A stretch of DNA of 64,000 bases from Lingula anatina. Its lineage: Eukaryota > Animalia > Brachiopoda. The stretch covers positions 17,298,001 through 17,362,000 of the forward strand of contig CM120642.1 in NCBI GenBank assembly GCA_051362555.1, read 5' to 3'. Position 1 is the stretch's first letter, and every line of letters starts with the position of its first letter. Both the position numbers and the translations under genes were made by a program. The notes under the pieces were generated by a model. The model was not told where the DNA came from. It did no database searches and was given only the letters and a program-made list of their open reading frames with translations. Of this stretch, positions 48,567-61,654 are shown piece after piece.

Positions 48567-51500
48567 TCATTTCCATACACGTATTCCTGACCACTGAATC
48601 CCCCTTTTTTGTATTATTTTATTGTTGAAAACACGGCACCTATTATGTGTACAGCAATCTGAGTGCTATTGATATTGGTAACCTTGTGTTACCACCTTTG
48701 CAAATCACCCTTCCTTTATAGTATCAAGTATTTACAAGTCTACCTGACAGACAAAATGAAACGGATATAAACATATCTGTGTGATTTAGAGCGTTAAGGC
48801 AGTTGGAAAAAAAAGTCCTGAGTTTTTCACAAAACACGTAGCCACTTAAGCGGAGTAGACAAAGAAAAGCGAATGATATCAACAGCAATGTCGCCAAGAG
48901 AGACGCGTATACAAATCGAAGGGAATAGAGAATACGTATGAAGTTGTACATGAAAAATGGTGTGTTCGAGAGTCTGGCATGCTATTCATCAAATGGTAAA
49001 ACTGATATAAAAATCGAATATAGCAGAGCCTGTGACGGAAAACCAGTAAAATACAGCGGGGATGAAGTACCATAAAAACCACAAAAGACTACGATTAAGA
49101 TGACAATATTCGTGAATTTTGAATTGCAACAGGCCATAGTGGTGACAGCATATAGTTTGTTTGCTATCCTACACCGAGTGAGAGAGAGATAGGGCTTCCT
49201 TCGCGGCGGCAGCATTCCATTGATGGCCATTTGATTACACGCCCCAACTGTGCCGCTACAAGTTTAATCACGTCCTCTACTTATTAAGCAATATCTTTAT
49301 TCAGTCGCCTTGAAACAAATACGCGATCAGGGGCAAGGGACCTGAAGTGTGGAAATTAATGGACCGGAGTAGATCAATTAATTAACATTAACCAAGACAT
49401 TCATTTCTGGTATCTCTTTTAATGTGACAAGCGATGAAATTGTCGGACAGACGGAGGACTTTATTCCAGTATCTAGAGCAATAATTCAGTAAAACGAGTC
49501 CCAACCAATTTGCTTCTATCGCCATTAATATTACATTATGATAAGTTACGTATGCGATTGCCCCGACAGACATTCTGAACTCTCTCACCTGCGAACACCT
49601 GGTTAGATTGTCGCGCTGCATGACGGGAAATAAAAGTTTTTGTCACGTGACATTTGATGGCTGTGGTAATCTTGTGTGGGGAAGATGTGGGGATGGATGT
49701 TTAGTTCATGTTTGACGTCGAAATGGGCGCCTGGGCGGGATTCTTTTTCACAAGCGAATAAGAGTAGACACATATGTGTTCAGTGGTATAATATAATACT
49801 GTAAGATTTGTGATAAATCGTTAATATTGCTTTATTGCATACAGTGCCTCAAAATTCGATGAAAATGTCAGAAAAGATATGAAAACAGAACACTAACTGT
49901 TATATTCTCGCGAAGATTTCCTTATAAATAATCGTATTAGTTGAAATTTATAAAAACTTTGCAAATAAATCCATTCGCTGATCAAAGTAAGTTTGTGCAA
50001 ATGTCGGCCTCGTAAGAAACAAAATCTTGAACATTCACCGAAAAAAATCTCGTACTGAAACTAATGCAAAATGTCACACCCTTGAGTGTCCTTTCAGATG
50101 ATTTCTACGAAAATGACACTTTCAGATATGTTTTATTTTTTTGGCAAGTCACTTATTGGGCAATTTTATTCTCAACAACATATGACATCTATTTGATGTT
50201 GCAACTGACTTTTTCCAGCGCTTCTCGAGTTCGAAACTATTATTTTTCGGGCATCTGCTCGTGACGTGTGAGAGGGCAACGGCACAGTGGTTACTCCAAG
50301 ACGTTGGCGACGAAGACATAATTCTATGAATCCATGATTGGGTTCAATTAATGAGTCTTTCACGTAATTTATAGCAATCTTCCTTGTTGCTTCATAATAA
50401 AACGCAGGTGATAGAGATTAGCGTTTGTCCTATCCGACTCTACCGGCTCTTGCGCACGGGTGCCCCCTGTTAATAATGGAGGAAAATCTGGGAAACATGG
50501 GACCTTTCTGACCTTGTATTCTGTTTCCTCGCCGATGAATTGCTTCTCAAATGCGACGAAATTATATAAAATTACGACAGCACGAGGGGAAACATGTTCC
50601 TTTCTTTCTTCCTTGATCACCGGGTGCAAGATGCGATGCGGGCCCTTACCCTCTCTCACCCGAAGCGGCGTCCGCTTAAAACGCCTTAAACCAATGACAT
50701 TACACCTCTGCGTCCGCAACTGAGGTATCAATCGATAGAACACCGACTGTCGCGTCTGATTTTCCTAATTTTTTTCACTTTACAAACTTCTGTTTTTGAC
50801 AAGAAGTGCTTTGCTAACAAACAAAGTCACGCGCCTACGAACAAAACTAATATCCGTACAAGAAGTTCACTAGGAAACCCGGGACTCAACAATGTATTTT
50901 ATGATCGAGAAAACATCTGCCGTTTTGCGGAAAAAAAGGTTATTAATTGTTCTTTGTCATTCAACGAGGCTGGTGTTCCTTACTAACATACAAAAGGTTC
51001 TTTGACAGTCGCGGTGTTTGTCGAGGGATGGGAACGATTAGGTCTTTCTGAGCGTATTCATCGTGGAAAACGCACATCATTAGTATGACGTACCCTTACA
51101 AAAGAGGCAAAACAAACGAGTTCCTACTAATGAATCCCTGGATTTTGTTGTTTAATTGAAAGAAAACCACATTCATACTGTATATTCGGCCTTGCCAGTA
51201 GCAGCTTCACATGCGCAGTCTCGATTTGAACCAGCGCGCCGCTTTCTCACTTGCGGATGGATACGATTGCTGACTTCGCAGAACAAAAGAACCTCAGGCA
51301 GATGCGCCACTATACACGTAACACAAGCAGCAAAAGAGGGAAAATAACAATGTGATGTTACTTTCAATTCTGTAATTTTCCTAATTATCTTTTGTTGCTA
51401 CATAACTTTAAATAATCCACCGTCGGCTACAGTGTGAAAAAACTGCGCAATGCCAACACAACACTGTGGGATGTAGCAAAAAAGAAGCCGTGCATTAACG

Positions 51501-52139
51501 GCAAAACAGCCGATTTCCAGAGGTCTTACTGCACTACAGTCCTTTATCGTGAAGGATTAATAAGAAAATAAAGCATTGACATCATAATCATTTCAATGTT
51601 GACTTGTGATGAAGCACATGTATATTAAGTGACTGGCATATTGTATGTAGATATCATTCTGCGTCCATGGTTACGCACTTATAATGTAAATTTGAAAAGA
51701 TATAGAGATCCACCCAAAAGTTATAGCATGTATCATAACACTGTTATTCAGTTTTTCAGTTCAGATTTATTTGCTTTTCAATGAATATTATAGGACAGTG
51801 GGGCTTCTCTCTGTTTTTTAGATATCAGCAGAAATTTCGGCCTCTGTTACAGAGAGAAGGGGTTATATTGAAATTCACATCATTCCAACATCTTCAATCC
51901 AACACGGTATTGCTTTGTCTTTAAAGGACATTTTTACTGTCGACCTAAAACATTTATAAGGTAAAAACAAACATATTTGCGTTCAAAGTTCTCATTTCTA
52001 TTCCGGAATAATCTTCAAACCTTTGTTATTTGTTGTCTGGCTGTAATGGTCTTTGCAAGTAACGTTCAAACAGAAACGAACAAAACATTTTTTAAAAAAT
52101 AATAATAATAAAAAATAAATGATCAAAAGTATGACGGTG

Positions 52140-52212
52140 GCTTTACTGGAGTCAAATCACTTGCAGAGACCAGAGGAATATACATGTACAAGAGGCGGCG
52201 TAGCTGATCAAC
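52140..52212 (+). repeat. Second copy of the 73-bp direct repeat
   Basis: Identical to 48494-48566. Confidence 0.92.
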
Positions 52213-54521
52213 ACGTGGATAGATCGAAAGAGAACTCAAATAATCGATCAATTAGTGTGACGATTCCGTAAAGAAGGCGCCTTTTAAGTAAACCGTGCAT
52301 TCTGTGTGAAAAATGGCTAATACATGTCAGAGAACTGCACTAGGATAAAATGTAGATGTTAGATTTTACTTCGGTAGAACGTCTTTGGAGAGGCAGCCCC
52401 ACGCGCGATGTGTGCAGTTTGATTTATGTGGTAAAAATTTATTTTAATGATGTTAACTTAGTGTTACCGTTTTATTATGTCCATCTTGACAAGGGCAACA
52501 TGAGTGCATTTATATATTGTTTTTGTTAGGTTCACTATCTATCTATCTATCTATCTACCTATCTATCTATCCATTTATCTATCTATCTAGTGCAGAAACC
52601 ATTTTTTCTCTCTTCCACCCCCCCCCCCAAACTCTCTCCGCTCCCCTCTTTCTCCTGTGTCAAGAAACTGAGGGTCAAAGATACAAAGAGTTCAACTTCC
52701 ATTAGGTTCACACAGGTTAGGATAAGTGTGACATAGGTCGGTATAAAACACGGGCTGGGCTACCCTTAATCACGAGCTAATCTCTAAAAAAATACACGGT
52801 GGCACGGAAGCAAGCAGATAAGCAACGTGACTTTGGGTGCGTCAGTTTACAAAAGAAATTTGCGACGATACAAATTTAATACAATCTTAATGCAACCTTG
52901 ATTTAGCAGGCAGCTTGAAAAGATAACTAATTCTAAACCCAAAACTGCTACGATTTATTCAACGTTGAATGATTGTGCAGTGTTCGCATTTTTAAATATG
53001 CAGGTCTGACTCTAGCTCTATAATCATTTATTAAAATTGTAGTACCCCGTCTTAGGAATTACATCTATAGTTTCTAAACTAATTTCCATCAAAGTTATAG
53101 CTTACTTTGAGGAGTATATCATAAAACGTAGCATAAACAAAAATATATCATAAAACATCATCAAAATTTAAACTGAATATATGACGTGATGAAATACAAT
53201 GACGAAGGCCATATATTGTCATATAGATTGAAGAATAGAAAAACTAATAACTTTCGATACAAATATTTATCTCAGTGTCATGTTTCATATGATGTTGTCA
53301 AGAGAGAATTCAAATCCTTTTTAGTGAACAATTGGAGTTAAAAATTGTAAAGTAATAAAATTGCATTAAAAAAAAAATGAATGGTGGAAATATTTGCTGT
53401 TTAAACATTTTAGTCAAATAACATCTATCTTTCTTGAAAGTTTTCCAAACATGAGAAAAGAGATATGCGTTTATTAAGTTTTCTAATTTCCAGAAAAAGG
53501 ATTAAGAAAAAGTAGTTCATTTCCATACTCTCGACAATCTAATCTAGCCTTATTCACTCTTACATTTTCACTCTCTTATTTTGAAATTCCGTTTAAATCA
53601 TCTAGGAGGCAAAGCGAATGAAATAAGGTTGTAAACAAACAAGTTATATTTTTCAAATTCTACTAGTATTTCACCAAAGTTCATTAAATGGCGTGATGTA
53701 CTATCAATGTGCACAAGACTGCACTGGCAGAGGAAAATCTACAGTTTTCACAGTTCAACCGTTTTTTACGTTCATCAAACGGTTCTGACTAAATTTACTT
53801 GCTTTAGTTCTGCGTGTGTTCTCATTCACCAGAAATGAAGAACAATTAACAATAGTTAAAGACATGTACAGCAAACGTTATGGCTCCAGTCAAAAGTGGA
53901 CTCACTGGTCTCTTTTGCGTGTCTTTTTGTTAAAAGGACAGATCTGACATGCTTGGGATCGTATATTTCCTGAGAAACGCAAAACAAAAAAGTCCAATAA
54001 AACAAACACCATTAACGGACTTATATATTCGTGATGAATATTTACACTGGGTTGACGCGTGCTTATAATAGGCGTCAATTGGCCGAGGAAAACTTCAAAC
54101 TAAAGCAAACAAGGGTTAAAAGTTGAGGCTTTTCAGTTCTACGACCACCTGCAGTCTGAACGAGTGAGCCCATGCTCTATCAGAGCTCAAAAGAAAGAGT
54201 GTTCCCTTGTTTAAACAAGTCCCAATTTACCAAATTATTGCCTATTATCATCCTCAGCGATGCGCTTTAATAACAATAAGTCAAATTGACATTTTAATAT
54301 CCGTAAAATGCAGGGGCCGTTACAAAGTATTAAGTTTGGGATAATTGCGCGATGCATCACGGGATACCTTCATCAGAGTGCTCTCGGGTGTGCGTGATAC
54401 TGTGAGATCGCTGTCCGACCAATCAAAGTCACGCTCTCCTGGTCAAACACCATCCATCAACAAGCGACGTTGAAAGAAAAGACGTGATTTTTTTCACCGT
54501 GGCAAACCAATATCAAATGTC

Positions 54522-54557
<36 letters not shown>

Positions 54558-56176
54558 ATTTTATTGAGATGGAGAGAGAGATTATACCTCATAATTTTCC
54601 CATGGCTAAATTGAATCTGTTTGTGAGAAGCTTAAGCATGTAGTTACACTGTAAACGGTTTATAATACAATAAAATTCAGGCCCGTAGCCCGGGGGGGGG
54701 GGGGGGGGGGGTTCGGAGGGTTCGAAAGAACCCCCCTTTTTGCTGGAAATTGCACCTACTCTGATAATTTTTAACGAATCCCGTATCAAACGGACATAAT
54801 AATTGTAAACACACACTTGCAATCAGCCACAAAGCTTTAAAAACATGGGCAGTGAACTATGTTTTCCCCGTACGTCTTCATTACGAGGCAGTTTGCGATG
54901 CTCCCACCAAACGCAATTGACTGTCGTTACCAGGTCAGAGTTCCTGACCCCAACGCGATTAGTGGTCAGTTGAAGACGTCAACGTAGTAGTCATCGGCTA
55001 CTCAATTATTGTTGCCCTACAAAAACATGCTTTACGAGATTCGAATGCCATGAATGCTATCTGATAACTCTCAAACAAGGTGTATTTATGCACACAGAAT
55101 AACGATATACAGGACAGAGAGAAATTCTAAGTTTTGCCCATTGTGGACTTTGAGGCTATTTAGCTAAAAATAATCACGTTGTAGATGTTTTTAGTTAAAG
55201 AATAAATCTGATAGGGTTTGAGATAAACTCTCACTTGACTTAATTTTCCTCATAATTATCCTCGCGCGCGTTTACTTTGTTCAAATAAATTAATTGAAAA
55301 GTCTGATTTTCCTCACCTTTGTCACATGTACAAAAAAAGGGGCGAATCACGTGATCCGTAAGATGGGGGAGACCACAAATACAACGTTTTACATCTATTG
55401 TATTCGTTATGCGACATTACATATGCAGGTACCCTTCTTCGTTGTATTTAGCACTTCTTTGTGATCTTTTCGTGTCCCACTAATTTCTTGGAATACACAA
55501 CCACATAATGTGGGTATGTAGAACGACGCAAATTGTATTCTTGAAGCTCAAAAATTGGTTAATTTATTTATTTACCCAGGATCTCGGCAGGGTAGGGAGA
55601 CGAAGACGTAGATCTCAACTGCATAAAACTCTATAAACAACAGAATTGTCAAACAAGAGAATTGTCCAGATGAACAACAAGAAAGATCACCTCGACCGAC
55701 AATAAATAAATAAATGAATAAATAAATAGATAAATAAATAAATAAATTTAATAAATAAAGAAAAAAAAAGAGAGAAGGAGAAAAAGAGTATGTGCGTGTG
55801 TGTGCGTGAGAGAGAGAGAAAGAAAGAGAGAGAGTACCAACCAGCAAAATACTGGTTGCAAATAGCACTTCAAACCAGCTGTTAAGTGAGAAAACTCCAC
55901 ACGGATCTTCTTTAAAAATGGTCTTTTAAGCGTAGAAAATTAAACACTGACTGTAAAATAAAAAAAAAACAAAACAAAAATGTGGAAGAGGTATTTTAGC
56001 ATTTTGAATCGATTGTGGATTAAAGTGACTGCCCCACCCTTCTCATTATCACACCTTCACCAGTCGAACTCTGACCCCGTTGTCAAAAAACCTTGAACCC
56101 GTCTGTGGACGAGCAGTTATCAGAAAGATGACATCACGATCGTGATCTCCTGAGCAGAAGTCAAACCGTGGGACAG

Positions 56177-56289
56177 TATATAAGGTGCCCAACACGTGAT
56201 TCTATGCAAAAGGAGCCATCTCTGCCACTCGCGAGGGTAACACCTTACAGAGGTCGTCAAGTTTCAAGCTAGTTCGCAGCTTCTGGCAG
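56177..56289 (+). promoter_or_regulatory. Probable TATA box and non-coding first exon of the ZP-domain gene
   Basis: TATATAA at 56177, strong donor CAG|GTGAGT at 56289/56290, and matching acceptor tctttccAG at 58049-58050 just before the ATG. Confidence 0.55.
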
Positions 56290-56757
56290 GTGAGTGTACG
56301 GGTTTACAGTCGTGCCGTTGAAGATACATATAGATACACAGGACTGCTTTATTCTTTGGCTACTTTCAAGAAAGTTTGTTCGGTGTTAGACAGCGAAATT
56401 ATCGTCTTGATGCGGCCATGCCCAAACGGGGCGGGGTGAAAAGCCGCGCCCTTCAAAATACGTTGCACGGGTTTGTTGAGTATGAGCTAATTTTGACTTA
56501 CTTCGTGCTCTCTGTAGTGACTGTATTTTAGGGAAATATTTCGTTTTTTGTTTAGAAACGGATAAACCCGAATTGGGTAACGAAATAGGCTTTTACGTGT
56601 CTCGTGTGTAATGATATCAAACGTATTAAATCTCTATAGAGACTAAACGTGTTTTTCTACCTGTGAGGCAATCTTATCAAAGGACCTTGATCACGCTCCT
56701 GTTTCGTCGATGTTTCATGGGTAGAAAAATACCTTCTCTATAAAAACGATTGTTTTT

Positions 56758-56922
56758 GGCCGCATTCAGAGCAGTGGAATAACTAGTCCGGAGGTCAAAT
56801 ATGGCGACCCACTATAAAGCTTGCCGTCTCATCCGCTAATAGCCACTTCCGTTTGGAAGTATTCAAGTGGGTCGGTCATATTTGACCCTCTGACTAGTTA
56901 GTCCACTGTTCTGAATGCGGCC
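56758..56922. mobile_element. Palindromic MITE (PIF/Harbinger-like)
   Basis: ~56-bp TIRs GGCCGCATTCAGA...GACCCACT / AGTGGGTC...TCTGAATGCGGCC, flanked by TTT on both sides. Confidence 0.75.
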
Positions 56923-57543
56923 TTTGACTAAATTATTTTAAGTCGAATATCTACATGTATTCAACGGTGAGGCACTGAAGCGACATATATCAACGTGCCT
57001 AATGCGGTAGCATACGGTTAACTTGTTGGATTTGCATTACAAAACTAAAATGTCTATTGTCAGGTATTGCTTCTACTGCTTTGGTTCTTTTCAATGACTT
57101 CGTTGATGTAGGCCCTTTTCTTTAATTTTAAAAATTCTAAGAAAAAATAAGCTACCTTTTTAATTAAGTTGAGAGCGCCCTTGCTTTATCTCTACACCGA
57201 ATTTAACAAAATGGTCATTACGTTCGTTTTTCGCCATCCTTCACTCACAATGTAGCATAATAGGACACGGTATTTTTAATTTTTTATTGAAAAACAAGAG
57301 TAAGACGAAATGTGGCAAAAACAGTTTGTACTTTCTCATCTCACACTCGTGCGACTGGCTAAGGGCAATCATCTGAAATTTATCCCTTAAACCAAATTTG
57401 TTTTCCATAGCATGGTCATCAAAAGCAGAAAGCAGACTTCTTCTCGCGGTCCCCAACATAAAAATGTGCTAGATGCGACAAACGCAATACACCACACCAC
57501 GTCAACAATTTTGCTGTGCATGCCAACTATTGAGGAGAGAAAT

Positions 57544-57583
<40 letters not shown>

Positions 57584-58084
57584 ATTTCTGTGCTTTCCAT
57601 AAGAAAACGATATACAACTGTTTCAAGATATGAGACTACATTCGTAGTGTGTTAGGTATACAGCATCAAGTGTTGCTTTTGACAGAGATAAATAGATAAA
57701 TTTTTGGATCTAATTATTTTGAAGTCTATCACAAAATGTACTTAACAAAACACCTGTATTTTGTAAATTACGTACATTGATATCTATTTAAATGTTTGAT
57801 GTAGACTGTTATTGAACTGAATTTCGTTCATCTTTTATTTTCACTTTTGGAGAATTGTCTTAATTTCTCATTTCCCAGAACATGCTGACAATTCCCCTAT
57901 CCCTTTTCTCCATGTTGTAATTTTAATTTGACTTAATTTTTCTTGTCAACTGGCGTCTGATCTTGCGATATATCGACATTGGGTAGAATTAAATGCTTAT
58001 TTCATTAAATGGTTAGAGTAAAGATTGAAGAACTCTTTTCATCTTTCCAGTTTTGGGCGTAGAACGACTAGAAGACACGTGACG

Positions 58085-59428
58085 ATGCATACACCGTCAG
58101 TTGTATCTACCGTAGCCGTGGTAACGGTGGTTATCCTGTCGACAATAGGTAGCGTAGAGTCTGCCAATATCACCACGTCACTTACCTGTGCCAACGACAG
58201 TATGCTGGTGAGCTACGTTACAGGCAGCAATACGTTCAACCCAACAGAAGGGCGAATCTACGTTGACGGTTTTTACGACGATGTCAACTGTTTCACTGCT
58301 TCGGCACCTTGGGAATTGAATGTGACTGTGGGAAATTGCGGTACAGCGTTTGAAACAGCCTTCACGGTTATTCTGCTTCACGATAAAGACTACTACCTGG
58401 AAACGATAGACTCGGCCCAGACTTTTACCTGCAAAGCGTCTTCATATGCCACAACGATGCACAACGTCAGCGCCTACGTGCCGGCCGGTGAGATCATCCC
58501 TATAGTCGGCCAAGAAGCGAACGTCCCCGGGTTCGACGTGACCATTACATTAAGGTTGAGGAACACATCGACTGGTACGGAAATAACACCTTCAAGCCCT
58601 GCCGTTATCTTGGGCGGCAATGTCACATTGGAGTTAACGGTGGACCCATATGCCCCCGTCAAGATCCAGGCCGTTCGCTGTTGGGCCGCTGGCATCGTCA
58701 CTTCCAATGGAGTCGATTCGTGGAAGTACCTGGATCTCATCTCCCAAAGTTGCCCCGCCGTTCCGTTCTTCGGCAGACTTCAACAAAACAGCACCTTCCA
58801 TTCTTTGACATCTACCTTCCCAATGTTTCTCATGACTCCAAGACACGCTTCCAACAGAACAACCGGTTTCTTCTGCACAGTGAAGGCATGCGACGTGACC
58901 AGCAGCGACTGCAACTATGTGAATTGTACGGGTGCTGGAGAGAGTGGACCAAGCTGGGGAAGGAGACGAAGACGTGCTGCCGCCCTTATGGCAGGAGATA
59001 TCGAAGATACTGTGTACGACGGCGATATGAGCAGTACCGATGACGAAGAAGATGATGGTCTGTATCACCCAATGGGCAAAAATGACGTCGGGAAGGTGGC
59101 TTTGGGGTATTTTCTCACTGTTTACGATCCAGAAGAAGACATTAATGACGTTCAGCTTATCGAACCTGACGGGCAGCCCCAATGGCCTGGCGCTGATTCT
59201 TCCCAACCAGGAGATTGGCTGGAACCCGGAGATGGGCAGATGTATAACACGGCAACGGCAGAATCCACCGATGAGATTTGCATTAACAACTACGTACTCG
59301 TCATAGTGACTGTATTAATTGGACTCGTGGTGATTGCCTTTTGCTGGATCTCCGTTTGCTTCTTCGCCTATGTCCGTAAAAGATCAGCACGTCAACGACA
59401 GTCTTCAAAGACGGAGATTGAGATGTAA
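58085..59428 (+). CDS. Zona pellucida (ZP)-domain type I membrane protein, 447 aa, intronless CDS
   Basis: Signal peptide (...AVVTVVILSTIGSVESA), ZP-N/ZP-C Cys pattern, many NxS/T sequons, furin site GRRRRR, acidic linker, TM helix YVLVIVTVLIGLVVIAFCWISVCFFAYV, short basic tail. AATAAA at ~59628. Confidence 0.88.
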   Translation: MHTPSVVSTVAVVTVVILSTIGSVESANITTSLTCANDSMLVSYVTGSNTFNPTEGRIYVDGFYDDVNCFTASAPWELNVTVGNCGTAFETAFTVILLHDKDYYLETIDSAQTFTCKASSYATTMHNVSAYVPAGEIIPIVGQEANVPGFDVTITLRLRNTSTGTEITPSSPAVILGGNVTLELTVDPYAPVKIQAVRCWAAGIVTSNGVDSWKYLDLISQSCPAVPFFGRLQQNSTFHSLTSTFPMFLMTPRHASNRTTGFFCTVKACDVTSSDCNYVNCTGAGESGPSWGRRRRRAAALMAGDIEDTVYDGDMSSTDDEEDDGLYHPMGKNDVGKVALGYFLTVYDPEEDINDVQLIEPDGQPQWPGADSSQPGDWLEPGDGQMYNTATAESTDEICINNYVLVIVTVLIGLVVIAFCWISVCFFAYVRKRSARQRQSSKTEIEM

Positions 59429-60855
59429 AACCAATCCTTGCATCCCCTTCACTGCCTGAAACGCCTAACACATTATCATGCATTGCTGACTTCTTTATTT
59501 TTTTGAACAGAAACTGGTTATCAACCGTGCCACTATTATTCAATTTACAGTGGTGATTCGATTTCTCATAATCATTGACTGAGATCAATAGGACGTATTT
59601 AATGGAATGTTTCGTGTTTTGTTTTTCAATAAATATTGTTTGCCAAAACAAATCTCCTTTTGATTTCCCGATAGATATAAATGCTTAATGTTTTTTGCCG
59701 ATTTTTTTTCAATAAAAGCAAAAGCAAATTAATGTAGACTGCCATTTGATATACAGTGATATGCTAAGTTTTCAAATAGAAAAATGGGGGACTAAATTAT
59801 TGATAAAAGTGAATAGAGATTCATTGACGGTTTCGGATAACAATTTGAGAGTAATAAAATAGATTATCTTTAACCGGAACGACGAATTATTTCAAAAAAT
59901 ATAAAAATTGCAAGTGCAAAAAATAATATAAAATATCTAATTTTAATCGTATGAAATTAAGTAATTTTCGGAAACGACATCATTGACAATTTACGGTTAA
60001 TGTCATCAAAGTTGCCATGGACCATTTAAAGACGTACATATGCGTGTGACTTTCATAGGGCAGATTTTAATTTTTAAGTGAAGCTGTCGCAATGAGAAAA
60101 AAATTAAATGCTGTATCTTGGGAAGGGATGTGCTTAAACAAAAAATCTCTGAAATTAATTTGAAAAGTATTTGAACATGCCCAACAATAATTTTTGCTGC
60201 AAGCGCCACTTTATAAAGACCTATCGTAAATAAAAGATGATTAAACACATGTCAAAAATATAATGATTCGAATTTATGTAAAATATCCCCGAACATAAAA
60301 AAATCTCCACCAATAGGTAATTCTGACAAATTAAATTTCACATACATACATATGAATGTTTATTTTCAACGTTTTCTATGGAGCCCGCCTCAAAGATGTG
60401 GGCGTTTGTCAAAATTCAAAAAAGAAAAAAAAACAGTGACACGTAAAATCCCATTGAAAGAAAAAACACTTTCAGTTTATACATATTTCGAAAGCGACAA
60501 AAAAGAATATGACTTAAGCAGGTTTGAAATAAAAGTACATGGATCTCTGTCATTCCTGATGTTGTACATGTACATCACATTGATTCTTAACAAAATAACA
60601 TATTTGTTGTCAAAGGTGCCGTAGAGGGACGATACACACGAGACATATTTTTTAAAGTCAAGTTGTTGATCAGCCTAAGTTTTTTTTTTACCAAGTAGGA
60701 AAATCCCCACGTCATTTATATTCAGCTTTCAGTTTACGTTGTAGAATTCATACACTAGGTCTTAACCAAGAACCTGGTGTTTCTTTTCAGAGTGATATAT
60801 GAAAACAAACGCTCTCTTTGCGCGTCTTCTTTTCTCACAAACCGTGACAGCATTT

Positions 60856-61229
60856 TCAGCAGCTGATGTGCAACTCAAACGTTCCAGAGTTTCCGCGGTA
60901 TCCATGAACAGCGACGAAGTAACATCCAGCTTCCGGTGACGTCACAGTGACCCAGGATTCCAAGTCGCAGGTATAACCGTCATCATTGAAGGAAACATAA
61001 TCCGTGTGAAGACATGTGGTCGAGTTAACTTGCTGTGGCATCTTCCCCACGGCTAACATGCTGTCATAGTCGGTGCCCGGTCTGCATGTGTCGATTTCAA
61101 CTCTCGCGACCCACGGCGAGATTTCCATGAGATAAAGCAGCTCGCTTTTGCCCGGTTTGCCCACGTTGCTTCCATTAAAACTGGTGGTGACCGTGCCGTT
61201 GCAGGTGATGCCCAGGTGGGTTATGCTTC
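60856..61229 (-). CDS. Terminal exon encoding a domain resembling the bacterial pre-peptidase C-terminal (PPC) domain
   Basis: Minus-strand acceptor tatttcttaAG before 61229. Open frame SITHLGITCNG...IDTCRPGTDYDSMLAV...NDDGYTC...S.V...AGCYFVAVHGYRGNSGTFELHISC*. GC-rich against its flanks. Confidence 0.7.
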
Positions 61230-61301
61230 CTTAAGAAATACAAAATACAGATGTATGCAGAGGCAACACTCTTATTAAGTAAAGAAAGACTCTTCTGCAA
61301 C

Positions 61302-61654
61302 TTAAATGGATAACAACTGTTTGAATGACATTTAAAGTTCACATTTAATACATTTGAAACAAATTATAGAAATTAATAAATACCATTTTACCGTCAAAAC
61401 AGCGGCTATCGCTATTATTCTGGAATATGTGCTTGCCATCAGATCACGTGGACATTTATAGATGGCTATACCACTGTAGTACTCTCTTAAGGGATCATTA
61501 CAAAAAAAAAAAAAAAAACTTTTGAGAAAAAAAAAACATGGGCAAACTTTGAAATTTGGAATTGATTCATTAACCATTGGTAAGTATGGGAAAATCAGCA
61601 TTTACTCCAGGAAAATCCGTTTTTGGCCAAAACAAACGACTGTTATCTCTTTAA
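61302..61654 (+). mobile_element. Diverged copy of the 29783-30173 TTAA MITE (intronic)
   Basis: Shares GATTCATTAACCATTGGT.AGTATGGGAAAAT....TTTACTCCAGGAA and the terminal TTAT.Y.CT-TTAA. Confidence 0.7.

Noticed and set aside
58634-59206. 190-aa antisense ORF within the ZP gene, and antisense ORFs within pol, Cdx and Gsx
   Set aside because: Expected shadows of GC-richer coding sequence, with no motifs.
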